From positions 992,001 to 1,056,000 of the forward strand of contig CAWDML010000001.1 of NCBI GenBank assembly GCA_963803435.1: a DNA stretch of 64,000 bases. Reading direction: 5' to 3'. This stretch comes from an uncultured delta proteobacterium. GTDB taxonomy: Bacteria > Myxococcota > Kuafuiibacteriia > Kuafuiibacteriales > Kuafuiibacteriaceae. This document shows, in pieces, positions 28,749-39,107 of this stretch. The notes under the pieces were generated by a model that made no database searches, was not told where the DNA came from, and worked only from the letters and a program-made list of their open reading frames with translations. Position 1 is the first letter of the stretch, and the number at the start of each line of letters is the position of its first letter. The translations under genes and the position numbers were made by a program.

Positions 28749-30800
28749 TCAACCAGATGTCTTGAAGATGAACGGGTATTTGACGATCACGATGCCGCCG
28801 CCCTTGGGCTTCGGGAATTGCCAGGTGCGGATCTTCGCGCAGATGCACCGCTCGGCCTCGGTGCTGCCGAGCGTGCTCTGCGTGACGTCTGCGCTCTGCA
28901 CCGAGCCGCTCGCCGAGATCGTGAACTGCGTGGCCACCTTGCCGAACAGGCCCGGGTTCCGCACCAGCTCCTTCTCGTAGCAGTACCGGATCTGTGCGAT
29001 GTGCTGCTTGATGACGCGCCGGATGATCTCCTTGTCGAGCGATCCCATGATGATCGGCGATCCGGGAGAGATCGTGATGTCGTGGTCGACCTTCTTGCCG
29101 AGGCCGCCGATCCCCTCACCGTAGCCGCCCTCGCCGCCGCCGCGGCCGTGAGTGCCGAGGGCGCCCAGACCGACCGAGTTCATCGACAGGCCGCCGCCGC
29201 CAGGGCCGGTGCCACGGGTGCCGAGGCCGCCCAGGCCCGTGGCATCGCCGATCTCCGCGCCGGTCACACCGCCGAGGGCGCCCTTGAGCTCGCCGCCCAG
29301 CCCGCCCGAGCCGAACAGATAGCTGCGCCCGACGTTGCCCTTGCCGCCGAACAGCTTGGCCAGCGTGCTCTTCGCGATCTCCTTGTCGTTGGGATCGCCC
29401 TTCACCGCCATGCGGCCCTGCTTCTTCTTCGGATCGTAGTCCTTCTTGCCGGCCTTGCCCTCGCTGCCCTTGGCCTTGGCGCCTGGCTCGCCCGCCTTGA
29501 GCTTGGAGAGCAGCGTGTTCTTCTGCTTCTTCTGCTCTTCGGGCGTCAGACGGAACTGCGCGAAGCGGTTCCGGTTCTTGAAGATGTCCTCGGTCAGCTC
29601 GGCCTGCGTCACCGGGGTCGCGATGAAGCTGACGATCGCCATGGTGTGGAGGAAGAACGCCAGCACCAGGATGTTGAGCCAGGTGTAGTTCAGCCGCTCG
29701 AACAGCGGCGGCGGGATCATCCGCGTCCGCCGCACGTAGCGGACCTGGAGCACGATCGCGTTGTGCACCAGGTAGAGCGTCTCGGCGTTCTGCAGGTGAT
29801 AGCGGATCCCGCCCGCCTCGCCGGGCTCGATGTTCGGGCCGCGGTGCGAGATCATCTCCTCCACCGACCGCATGGTGCCGTCGGCGCGCTCGAGGCGTCC
29901 CGTGAAACCACCGGGGATGCTGATGCTGTAGCTCGTGCCACCGCCGGCGCTCCCCACCATCTCGGCCAGCGCGAACGTGGCCCCCGGCAGGCCCTTCGAG
30001 GGGACCTCGATGTCGCAGCGCAGGACCTTCTGCATCGGGCCCCAGCCCTGCACGCGCCGCTCGTCGCCGATCGTCACGACGGGTTGCTCGGTCACGCTGA
30101 TGCTGTCGAGGACGGTCGTCCCGCCCCAGAGCGCCTTGATCTCGAGCGCGCGCTCGCCGTCCGACACGCCCTCGCTGGCCAGGTTGTTCGGGATCGAGCC
30201 CCAGGGCTCCTGCCCTCCGGGGACGCCGGACATCATCGGCATCGCCATCGGCGTCTGCACGTACTGCTGGCTCACCGGCTGCTGCAGGATCGGGCGCGGC
30301 CCCGAGACCGGCGTCCGCGCCTGCTGCGCCGGCGCCATCGACGACATCATCTCGAGCGGCATCGGCGACACCGTGATGGTGGGCTCGGCCTGCTGCATCT
30401 CGGACGGGGTCGCCGCCCAGATCTCACCCGAGCCGTGCGGCGGAGTGATCGGCACGGCGCGCGGCTGGGACTTCGGTGCGGTCCCACGCTCGGAGATCGC
30501 GTCGAAGGAGACCACGATCTTGCAGTCGCCGAGGCGGAGCTCGTCACCGTCGGAGAGCTTCTCCTTCGAGACCTTCTCGCCGTTGAGGAACGTGCCTTCG
30601 GTCGATCCCATGTCGATGATCGAATAGTCCGCGCCACCGCCCGAAGACTCGATCACCGCGTGGATGCGAGAGACCTTCGCGTCGTCGAGCTTCAAGTGCG
30701 CGGACGCGAGGCGTCCGATCTTGATGATGTCGCGCTCGAAGACCTGCTCGAGGGCGAGCTCGGACCCCTTGTAGACCGTCAGCTTGAGTGGGATCGCCAT
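28749..30800 (-). CDS. gltG: Gliding motility protein GltG (FHA, TM, Gly-rich, TonB-C-like)
   Basis: FHA IKIGR...VSRIHA...GTFLNG; GSLDKEIIRRVI...IRYCYEKEL...FPKPKGGG.V.VKYPF. Confidence 0.88.
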   Translation of the reverse strand: MAIPLKLTVYKGSELALEQVFERDIIKIGRLASAHLKLDDAKVSRIHAVIESSGGGADYSIIDMGSTEGTFLNGEKVSKEKLSDGDELRLGDCKIVVSFDAISERGTAPKSQPRAVPITPPHGSGEIWAATPSEMQQAEPTITVSPMPLEMMSSMAPAQQARTPVSGPRPILQQPVSQQYVQTPMAMPMMSGVPGGQEPWGSIPNNLASEGVSDGERALEIKALWGGTTVLDSISVTEQPVVTIGDERRVQGWGPMQKVLRCDIEVPSKGLPGATFALAEMVGSAGGGTSYSISIPGGFTGRLERADGTMRSVEEMISHRGPNIEPGEAGGIRYHLQNAETLYLVHNAIVLQVRYVRRTRMIPPPLFERLNYTWLNILVLAFFLHTMAIVSFIATPVTQAELTEDIFKNRNRFAQFRLTPEEQKKQKNTLLSKLKAGEPGAKAKGSEGKAGKKDYDPKKKQGRMAVKGDPNDKEIAKSTLAKLFGGKGNVGRSYLFGSGGLGGELKGALGGVTGAEIGDATGLGGLGTRGTGPGGGGLSMNSVGLGALGTHGRGGGEGGYGEGIGGLGKKVDHDITISPGSPIIMGSLDKEIIRRVIKQHIAQIRYCYEKELVRNPGLFGKVATQFTISASGSVQSADVTQSTLGSTEAERCICAKIRTWQFPKPKGGGIVIVKYPFIFKTSG

Positions 30801-30812
30801 CCTGTGGGCTCC

Positions 30813-31076
30813 TCAGATCCTGGACACGGAGTTCAGGATCTCGCTGTCGAAGTTCTCTCGAATCTTGATGAGGTTCGAGTGGCGCACGCGCTTGCGGCTC
30901 TCCACGTACGCACCGTCGGGTCGAGTGAGATCACCGTCGATCGTGTCATCATCGAAGCTGACAACCGTCTTCTTCTTGTAGATGACACCCTCTTCATCGT
31001 CCGTGCTTTGAGCCGACGCCACCGAGGCCAGGCCCAGCACCAACGAGGTCGTGAGGATCGCAATCGCCTTCTTCAT
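30813..31076 (-). CDS. gltF: Gliding motility protein GltF/CglF
   Basis: Signal peptide; YKKKTVVSFDDDTIDGDLTRPDG...LIKIRENF. Confidence 0.88.
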   Translation of the reverse strand: MKKAIAILTTSLVLGLASVASAQSTDDEEGVIYKKKTVVSFDDDTIDGDLTRPDGAYVESRKRVRHSNLIKIRENFDSEILNSVSRI

Positions 31077-31350
31077 CGCTCTCAACCCCCAGCTTCGACA
31101 CTCCCGTAGAGTATCGGGTTCCGAGATTCTACAACGTACCGAACTTTATCGAGACTTTCGGACACCCTCCCACCGACTGAGTGTCGGACTCACAGCGGCG
31201 GATTCGGCACATCCCCTCGAGGCGCACCGGGAGGATACGCCCCGGGACTTGCCCGAGCGCTCCCCCGCAACAGTGCGGGACAAGTCGACACGAACGGTTA
31301 CCAGCGAGCCGGTGGTGGACCAGCCGCGGCACGCTCGCGATGCGTTACGA

Positions 31351-31610
31351 CGTCATGGTTACAAGCGAGCGGCACGCTCGCGATGCGTAACCAGTAGGCC
31401 CCGAACCGGGGCCTACGTCATGGTTACAAGCGAGCGGCACGCTCGCGATGCGTAACCAGTAGGCCCCGAACCGGGGCCTACGTCATGGTTACAAGCGAGC
31501 GGCACGCTCGCGATGCGTAACCAGTAGGCCCCGAACCGGGGCCTACGTCATGGTTACAAGCGAGCGGCACGCTCGCGATGCGTAACCAGTAGGCCCCGAA
31601 CCGGGGCCTA
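31351..31610. repeat. Four perfect tandem 65-bp units, each with two hairpins, plus degenerate partial flanking copies
   Basis: Unit cgtcatggttacaagcgagcggcacgctcgcgatgcgtaaccagtaggccccgaaccggggccta starts at 31351, 31416, 31481 and 31546. Confidence 0.97.
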
Positions 31611-31618
31611 CGTTAAGG

Positions 31619-33052
31619 TTATTCGAAGTCGTCCGGCTTCGGGATGGGATCGGATGGCTCCTTCTCCCGCTTCTTCGGCTTCTTCCTGCCCGAAGGTTTC
31701 GCCTTGGACTTGGGTCGCTTCTGGGGCTCCGGCTCGATCGGAGGCGTATCACCCTCGGCCGGCGCCTGCGGCTCGTCCTTCGCCTTCTTCGCCTCCTCGG
31801 CCTTGAGCTTCTTGTCAATCTCCTCGTCCAGCTTCTTCTGCTTCGCCTCTTCCTCGGCGGCCTTCTTGTCGATCTCCTCCTGCTTCTTCGCCTCCTCCTC
31901 GGCCCGCTTCTCCTCCTCCTGGAACGCCTTCATCTGCTGGATCTCCTCCAGCATCTTGAAGACCGTGTCGTCGTCGCCGTCGCCGACCTGGAGCACGCGC
32001 TTGAGGTTCTCCTGCGCGTCGTCGAGCCGCTTGAGATCCCGGAGGTAGAGCACACCCAGGTTGTAGTGGGCCGGGCCTGCGCTCGGTCCGTCCGCCACCT
32101 GGATCGCCTGCTGGTACGCCTTCTCGGCGTCGTCGAAGCGGCCGCTGCCCTTGAGCGCGATCCCCAGGTTCACGTACGCCGCCGCGTTCTTCGGCTCGGC
32201 CTTGGTGATCGCCACATAGTTGTCGATGGCCTTCTTGAAGTCCTTGAAGCCCATCGAGATCTGCGCGATGCGGAAGCGCGCCTCGATCAGCCGCGGGTTG
32301 TTCTGGACCGCCGTCTCGAACGCCGCCAGCGCTTGACCGGTCTGCTTCTCGGCCAGCGCCACCTGTCCCAGGACGAAGTGGAGACAGGCGCCGTTCTTGT
32401 CGATCTTGAGCCCCTGCGCCGCGAGCAGCCTCGCCCGCAGCAGGTCCTTCTGCTTCACCGCGGCCTGCGCCAGCACGCAATACCCGCCGATGTTCTTCGG
32501 CTGATAGGTCAGCGCCTCCTGACAGAGGTTGGTGGCCTCGTCGTAGTCGCCCTGCGCCATCACGTAGCTCGCCAGCGCGATCCGCGCCTGTGCCGCCCCT
32601 GGATCGCGCGCGATCAGCTCGCGCAGCAGGCTGACCGCCTCACCGGGATCCCGCTTCGCCGCCAGCGCCGCCAGGTTCTCCTGCGCCTCCCGCAGGGCCG
32701 GATTGAGCGCGATGGCTCGCCGGTAGGCGTCCTCGGCCTCCTTGTCCTGACCGAGGTGCTCGAGGGCCACGCCCTTGTTGAACAGCGCCAGCGCGTAGTT
32801 CGGATACCTGTGGAGGACGTCGTCCATCCGCGCGTTCACGTCGCTGTAGTCGAGGTGCCCCTTCTTGGCGTCCTCCCTGAGGTAGTTGGCCTCCTCCTGG
32901 AACGCCTTGCTGGCGGCGTCCTCCTTGACCACCTTGATGTCCTGCTTCATCACCCCGGCGTTCGGGACGTCGTGCTTGACCTCCTTCTTCTGAGGCGTGG
33001 CGCAGGCGACCGCGGCGACGGCGAGGAGTGCGAGCTTTTGCGTGTTCCTCAT
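31619..33052 (-). CDS. gltE: TPR lipoprotein GltE/AglT-like
   Basis: AVAC lipobox, multiple TPRs, position between gltD and gltF, E/K-rich tail. Confidence 0.82.
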   Translation of the reverse strand: MRNTQKLALLAVAAVACATPQKKEVKHDVPNAGVMKQDIKVVKEDAASKAFQEEANYLREDAKKGHLDYSDVNARMDDVLHRYPNYALALFNKGVALEHLGQDKEAEDAYRRAIALNPALREAQENLAALAAKRDPGEAVSLLRELIARDPGAAQARIALASYVMAQGDYDEATNLCQEALTYQPKNIGGYCVLAQAAVKQKDLLRARLLAAQGLKIDKNGACLHFVLGQVALAEKQTGQALAAFETAVQNNPRLIEARFRIAQISMGFKDFKKAIDNYVAITKAEPKNAAAYVNLGIALKGSGRFDDAEKAYQQAIQVADGPSAGPAHYNLGVLYLRDLKRLDDAQENLKRVLQVGDGDDDTVFKMLEEIQQMKAFQEEEKRAEEEAKKQEEIDKKAAEEEAKQKKLDEEIDKKLKAEEAKKAKDEPQAPAEGDTPPIEPEPQKRPKSKAKPSGRKKPKKREKEPSDPIPKPDDFE

Positions 33053-36000
33053 CGCGGCTCCTCCGGATCCTTCTTCTTCTCCTGCTCGGTGTTCCGGGCC
33101 TGCACGGTCTCGTACTGCTGCTGGACCGCCTCGTACCCGGCATAGTCGAGGATCAGCGTGTTCGCCTCCAGCGCCTCGAGGCGCGCCCCCGCCTTGTACT
33201 CCATCGCCTTCTCGGTGATCGGCGGGAACTCGGCGGGCGCCAGCCTCTCGAGCTTCTTCACGCACTTCGTCGAGTAGTTGGTGAACGTGTTGAGCTCGTT
33301 CGACTTGCCCACGCAGGTCCGATAGGCCGCATAGGCCGCTTCGCGCGCCGGCGCCGCCATGGTGTCCATCTCCTGCTTGATGATCTGGCAGGCCTCGTCC
33401 GGGATCCCGCGCGGGCAGGCTACGCTCGTCACCTTGGCCACGAACTCGTCCCACGCCACCGCGATCTTGTACAGCGACGCGATGGTCGACTCGGCTTGCT
33501 GGTAGTCGGTGACCACCCGCGTGTACGACTTGATCATCCGCTCGCGCCACTGCGCCTTGTCCGCCAGCGCCCGCTTGAACTGCGTCGGGTTCTTCAGGTT
33601 CGGCGTGGGGATGCGCATCCGCGCGTACTCTTTCCAGTCCTTGTCGATCTTCTTGAAGGCCACCAGCGAGGCGTAGCGGGCCGCGTTCGCCGGCACGTCC
33701 TTACTCCGCTTCTTTCGATAGTGGTACGTCCCGAGGATCTCGTCCTCGATCTTGTCGGCCTTGCTGATCGCGCGCAGCTTCTTCCGACAGATCTCGGCCT
33801 CCCGCCACATCGCGTCCCAGAAGTGCTCGGTGTCCCCAAACTGCTTGGCGTACTCCTCGTAGCGGCGGGAGGCCTCACCGAAGCGCCCGGAGCGATCGAG
33901 GTCCTGCGCGATCGTCCAGTAGATCTCGGCCGCCTCCTTCTCGCCGCCCTTCGCCTTGCCGTACAGCTTCAGGTAGTCGAGCCGGAGATCGTTCGCCTTC
34001 TTCACCGACCCGATGCCGGCGTAGAACACGGCGGCGTTGAACATCGCGTCCCGGGCGCGCTCGTCGCTCGGATACCGCTTCGCGAACTCGAGGAACTCGG
34101 CCGCCGCCTTCCCATACTCTGTACGTTCCTCGTAGCGCTTCGCGATGTAGTACGCGACGTCGACGCCCAGCGGCGACTTTGGATACTCGTCGAGCAGCTT
34201 CTTCCGGAGCTGGTCCGCCTTGTCCTTCTGGCCGACCTTGTCCCAGGCCACCGAGGCGTTGAACAGCGCCTTGTCCGCGTTGTCGCTCTTCGGGAACTCC
34301 TCGTAGAAGCTCTGGTAGCCCTCCGCGACCAGCTTGATGTCGCCGTGCTCCTTGTTGACCCGCTCCTCCAGGATCTGGACCAGGGCGAACTTCGCGTACT
34401 CCATGAAGTGCGCGAGGTCGTGGGCGAGCTGATCGCGACCCTTCATCAGGTCCGGGATCTTCACGTACTCGGCCGCGTGGTCGTACAGCTTCTCCCAGTC
34501 TTTGCGCTGGTGATAGATGTCGATAACCAGGTTGGCCGCGACCTCCGCCTCCTGCGAGGCCGGGTGTTGGTGCACGATCTCGTCGAAGCGCTTCAGCGCC
34601 TCCTCGTTGTGGCTGTAGTCGTAGAGCAGCTTGGCCGCGTTCGCCTTCACGCTCACCAGCTTCTCGGCTTTGTCGGCCGGCACCAGCGCGATGTAACGAT
34701 CGCAGGCCTCGATCAGCCGCTGCTTCTCCTTCGGCAGCGGGATCGGCTTGTCGGCGGGCTTCGGCTTCTTGAGCCGGAGGTCCTTGATGAACTCCTCCAG
34801 GGCCAGAATGTTGTCGTTGGCGGCGTCGACCAGATACTGCGTCTGCGGCGGCGTGCCCTTGGCGGCCATCACCGTCGCCTCGTACATCCGCGCCGCGTCG
34901 TCGAACTTCTCGAGCTTGTAGTAGAGATCGCCGAGCTGGAACCGCATCTCGTAGGCGTACTTCGACTGCGGGAAGAGCTGCAGGTACATCTCGTACATCG
35001 TCCGAGCGTCCTCGTACGTATCCTTCTGGCGGAGCTTGATCGCCTCCTTGTTCCAGAGCTGACCGAGCCGCCGGATCGTGGTCTCCGCGATCGTCTCCGC
35101 CTCCGCGATGTTCGCGCGCCCTTGCTCCTCCGACTCCGACTTGCCGGTGAGGGTCGCGATGTACTCCTTGCCCTTCTGGTAGAGCGCCACCAGCTCGCGC
35201 GTCTCGCGGATGGTCCGCTTCTTGTCCTGGCTGCGTGAGACCAGGTCCACGATCTTCCCCTCGAACAGGGGGTTCCGGGTGTTCTTCGGGTTGAGGCTGA
35301 TCAGCTGCTTGTAGAGCATCGCCGCCTCGTCGAAGTAGCCGTCCTCGGTCCACAGATCCGCCAGGAGCTCGAGCATGCCTTGGCAGTCCTTGGAGGTGCA
35401 GTTGTCGTCGCCGACCAGGTCCGCGAAGATGAATCGCGCGCGCTTCGGATCACCCACGTGCCGGTACGTCCGCACGTAGTCCTTCTGCGCTTCACGGCCG
35501 AGCGCGATCTTGTTCTCGCCGGACAGCTCCTGCGCAAGCTGCGAGTAGAGGATGGTGGCCTTGAACTTCTTCAGGGCCTCCTCCCACTTCGAGAGGTTGT
35601 AGTAGCACCAGGCCTGCTTGTAGAGGGCGAAGCCGTAGACCCGCGAGCGCTTGTCCAACGCCGCTTTCTCGTAGCTCTTGAGCGCCTTGTTGACGTCGCC
35701 CTCGTTGAAATAGAACTCGCCGAAAGCGATCCACGCCTCCGGGATCAATGGGCTGTCCTTGAAGTTGCGGATCAGGTCCGCGTAGACCTCGATCGCCGCC
35801 TGGAACTGGCCGTCGCTCCAGTAGCTCTGACCCAACGCGAAGAGCACCTCCGGCATCCGCTTGTACTTGGGGAAGCGATCCCGGATCTCCCGGTAGAGCT
35901 CCACCGCCCGTGCCTGCCAGGCCTTGCTCTCTTGAGTGTTCTTCTTCTGCTCGGCCTCCAGCGACGACTTCTCGCCCGGCGACTTGCTGCGGGTCGCCTT

Positions 36001-36318
36001 GTCGTCTGCCTCCTGCGCGCGGAAGAAGTAGAAGCGCGCCTTCTCGAAGTACAGCTCGGCGAGCCGAAACTTGAGATCGGGCACCTCTTCGATGGCCGGT
36101 CCGAGCTCGATCAGCCGCTTGATGCCATTGATCTGCTCCTCGCGCTTCTCGGCGACCTTGAACTCGATCTTCTGACGGAACTGCTCGTAGCGGAGGGTGG
36201 GGCCGCCCGCGGTCAGCTTCGTGACCTTGGCCTTCTTGCCCCGCCTCTTCTCTGCGACGGCGTCGCCCGCCCCGAAGGCGAGCATCACCGCGATCAGCGT
36301 GATTGTCGTGAATCGCAC
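33049..36318 (-). CDS. gltD: Large TPR protein GltD/AgmU-like
   Basis: Signal peptide; FRLAELYFE; AWIAFGEFYF; YKQAWCYYNL; 1089 aa; synteny. Confidence 0.85.
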   Translation of the reverse strand: MRFTTITLIAVMLAFGAGDAVAEKRRGKKAKVTKLTAGGPTLRYEQFRQKIEFKVAEKREEQINGIKRLIELGPAIEEVPDLKFRLAELYFEKARFYFFRAQEADDKATRSKSPGEKSSLEAEQKKNTQESKAWQARAVELYREIRDRFPKYKRMPEVLFALGQSYWSDGQFQAAIEVYADLIRNFKDSPLIPEAWIAFGEFYFNEGDVNKALKSYEKAALDKRSRVYGFALYKQAWCYYNLSKWEEALKKFKATILYSQLAQELSGENKIALGREAQKDYVRTYRHVGDPKRARFIFADLVGDDNCTSKDCQGMLELLADLWTEDGYFDEAAMLYKQLISLNPKNTRNPLFEGKIVDLVSRSQDKKRTIRETRELVALYQKGKEYIATLTGKSESEEQGRANIAEAETIAETTIRRLGQLWNKEAIKLRQKDTYEDARTMYEMYLQLFPQSKYAYEMRFQLGDLYYKLEKFDDAARMYEATVMAAKGTPPQTQYLVDAANDNILALEEFIKDLRLKKPKPADKPIPLPKEKQRLIEACDRYIALVPADKAEKLVSVKANAAKLLYDYSHNEEALKRFDEIVHQHPASQEAEVAANLVIDIYHQRKDWEKLYDHAAEYVKIPDLMKGRDQLAHDLAHFMEYAKFALVQILEERVNKEHGDIKLVAEGYQSFYEEFPKSDNADKALFNASVAWDKVGQKDKADQLRKKLLDEYPKSPLGVDVAYYIAKRYEERTEYGKAAAEFLEFAKRYPSDERARDAMFNAAVFYAGIGSVKKANDLRLDYLKLYGKAKGGEKEAAEIYWTIAQDLDRSGRFGEASRRYEEYAKQFGDTEHFWDAMWREAEICRKKLRAISKADKIEDEILGTYHYRKKRSKDVPANAARYASLVAFKKIDKDWKEYARMRIPTPNLKNPTQFKRALADKAQWRERMIKSYTRVVTDYQQAESTIASLYKIAVAWDEFVAKVTSVACPRGIPDEACQIIKQEMDTMAAPAREAAYAAYRTCVGKSNELNTFTNYSTKCVKKLERLAPAEFPPITEKAMEYKAGARLEALEANTLILDYAGYEAVQQQYETVQARNTEQEKKKDPEEPR

Positions 36319-36319
36319 G

Positions 36320-38225
36320 TCAGCTACTCCTGCGGCACGTGTTGGCCAGCGTCAGCTCGTACGTCCCCAGCTCGTCGCGCCAGTACTCCCCGTTGAACGG
36401 CCACACCAGCTTCTCGTCGTCGGTCCACTCGATGAACTCGTTGTGATGCTCGGCCGGCGAGCTCTGGACGTCGCGCAGCTTCGACTCGATCCGCTCCTGC
36501 TCGGCGCGCGAGGTCTCGATGTCGATCCGGATGGACTGCTCGATCAGCGTGCGGATGTTCTCGCGCTCCGCCTCGAGCCGCCGCTTGACCGCCTTGCCCG
36601 CCTCCTGGCTCAGACGGATCCGGACCCCGCTCAGGTCCTCCTCCAGACGGCTGGCGAGCGCCGACTCGGGGAACGATCCGGGCTGGTGGGCGAACGACTG
36701 GATCTCGCCGTCTACCTCGCGATAGCTGGCGTCGAGACGGTTGAGGGCCTCGTCCTTGAGCGCGAGCTGGAGGATCTGTCCCACGATGGCGGCCTTGGCC
36801 TCGTCCTTGTTGGTGTCGCCACCGGCCCGCAGGTTCGCCAGGGTCTCGTAGTACTTCTCGGCCGGCTGGTCCCGGGCCGTCAGCCGCTTGAGCTCCTCGA
36901 GGACCGGCTCGTAGCGCTTGAGGAAGACGCTCAGGATCTCCTTCGCCTCCACGTAGCGGCAGTTCTCGTAATAGATGACCGCCTTCAGGATCAGCGACTC
37001 CGGATAGTACTCGTCCCTGAAGAACGGCGAGTGCAGCGTCAGCAGGTTGCCGAGGGCCTTCTCATAGTTTCCGAGCCGGAACTCGGCCCAGCTCGCCTCG
37101 TACAGCGAGTCGAGCCAGGCGTACGAATCGCGATCGATCTTGTTGTAGTAGAAGATCGAGAACGACGGCTGCTGCGCGCCGAAGTGCGTCCGCGCCAGCT
37201 GGAAGAACGCGAGCTCCCGCAGCGCCTCGCCCTTGCCGTCCTCATCGCGCGTCTTCCGCACCACCGACTTGAACGACTCGAGGGCCTCGTTCGACTTGCC
37301 CTGCTTGTAGAGCACCACGGCCTCGAGGAACTTGGCGCGCGGCCCCCACTTGGGCGTGTCCGCGTTCACCTTGAGGACGAAGCGGGACGCCGACTCGAGG
37401 TGCTCCTTCGCGGACAGCGCGAAGACCTCGTCCCCGGACGGGGGCTTCGGCTCCTCCTTCTTGGGCTCCTCGCCCTTCTTCTCCTCCTTCTTCGGAGGCT
37501 GATCACTGAAGAGATCCTCGCCGATGGAGAAGCCGCCGCCCTCCTTCTTCTTGACCACGCCCTCGTCGCCCTCGTCCTCCGGAGGCGTCTCCGCACCGCC
37601 GCCGCCCTCGCCGGAGAAGATGTCGCCGCGGATCGACTTGCCGCCGGTGACCGACTCCTCGACGTGCGTCTCGCCCAGCCTTCCCGAGATCGCGCCCGTC
37701 TCGATGGCGAGGGCGCGCAGGAAGTGGAACCGCGCCAGCCGGAAGTAGAACTCGTCCTTGTAGTCGGCCGGGAAGTCGGTGGCCGCGTTGCGGGCGATGA
37801 TCTCGTTGACCCGAATCCTGATCCTTCGTCTTGCGGCTGATGAACAGGCACCACTCGAGCGCGCTCTTGTAGTACTTGCTCTTCGGCCCCTCCTTGAGGA
37901 GCTTGTCGAAGTACGACAGCGCCGAGTGGTACAGGCCCATCCGGTACAGCGTCTTGCCCAGGTGGTACTGAGCCTCGTCGACGTTGGTCTTGCTGCTGGA
38001 GAGGTAGCGCTCGAGGGCCACGGCGGCCTCGGCGTACTGCTCCTTCTTGATCAGCGTGATCGCCTGGTCGAGGGCCTCGCGCGAGGCGTCCTGGGCCGGC
38101 GCCGCGTCGGCGGTCTTGGCCGCGCCGGCAGGCGGATGCTCCCTCTTCTTCTTGGGCTTCGCGTCGGCGGGCGGCGCGATCATCGCGAGGGAGACAGCCA
38201 CCAGGAGGGTCGATGCGGTCCGCAT
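36320..38225 (-). CDS. gltC: Gliding motility protein GltC, +1 indel at ~37815
   Basis: LGKTLYRMGLYHSAL; ALGNLLTLHSPFF...YPE..ILKAVIYYENC; WPFNGEYWRDELG; two ORFs join on removing one base at GAATC 37813-37817. Confidence 0.85.
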
Positions 38226-38235
38226 GGCACAGCTC

Positions 38236-38991
38236 CTATTCGAACTCGTAGGCGAAGGAGGTCGGGAAGAAGCCCGACACGAAGAAGCTCAGGATCAAGA
38301 GGTTCTGGACGTCGGCGGTGTCGTTCCGCGTATCGGCGAACAGGTAGTCCCGGATCTCCACCCGGGTGACCAGCCAGTCCGTCATGAAGTAGCGGAGGCC
38401 GAGCCCGATGTTGCCGGCGAAGTTGGGGCCTGCATCGGTGCCGAAGGCCCCGAGCCCCGCCGTGATGTACGTGTCGAAGTGCATGATCCCCTCGCCCAGG
38501 ATGGAGATCTTCCCGTAGAAGGGCGCCCAGCTGAGGTCGAGATCCGCGTGATACTTGAACTCCGGCGGGTTCTCGAGCAGCGAGTCGGTCTGCTGCCGCA
38601 CGAACTTGATCGCGTCCTGCTTGAGGTGCGCGAAGACGAACCCTCCGCGAGCCTCCAGCTCCAGCGAGTCCACGAGGTGGAAGCCGATCGAGCCGCCCAC
38701 GATCAGGTGCTGGTAGAACGGATCGTTCAGATCGAGCGCGAAGAACGGGAACACCTCGAAGCGGTGCTCCTTGAGGAACGTCTTGCGCTGGACGGACTTG
38801 ATCCGATCCGAGAGCTTCCTCTTCTCCTCCCCCTCATCTTCCTCCCCTCCAACGTCGGCCTCCTTGGCCTCTGTTGAAACCTCGGCCGACTCACCCTTCG
38901 ACTCGCCTTCGGCTTGTGCGAAGGAGAGCCGGGGCGCGAGTCCCAGCGCGAAGGCGAACGTGGTGATCAGTTGGCGTCTTGGTCCGTGCAT
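38236..38991 (-). CDS. gltA: Outer-membrane beta-barrel GltA/GltB-like
   Basis: DRIKSVQRKTFLKEHRFE, LNDPFY, WAPFYGK, HFDTY and C-terminal FFP; A versus B assignment by position next to gltC. Confidence 0.75.
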   Translation of the reverse strand: MHGPRRQLITTFAFALGLAPRLSFAQAEGESKGESAEVSTEAKEADVGGEEDEGEEKRKLSDRIKSVQRKTFLKEHRFEVFPFFALDLNDPFYQHLIVGGSIGFHLVDSLELEARGGFVFAHLKQDAIKFVRQQTDSLLENPPEFKYHADLDLSWAPFYGKISILGEGIMHFDTYITAGLGAFGTDAGPNFAGNIGLGLRYFMTDWLVTRVEIRDYLFADTRNDTADVQNLLILSFFVSGFFPTSFAYEFE

Positions 38992-39107
38992 TTCCCAATT
39001 GGTTCCGCGGTGATAGCGGGCTGAATCTACGATCGAAGCGTGATCGGGCGCAAATCGACGGCCGGATTCTTCTGTGGTCTCCGAGAGCGTGTTACAACGC
39101 ACGCACG

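Noticed and set aside
31351-31610. CRISPR array
   Set aside because: Units are identical end to end with no unique spacers, and no cas genes are present in the window
4100-37820. Programmed ribosomal frameshifting or true pseudogenisation of caiB, the HMG-CoA lyase gene and gltC
   Set aside because: No slippery heptamers; both halves are undegraded; the shared GATC context favours sequencing error
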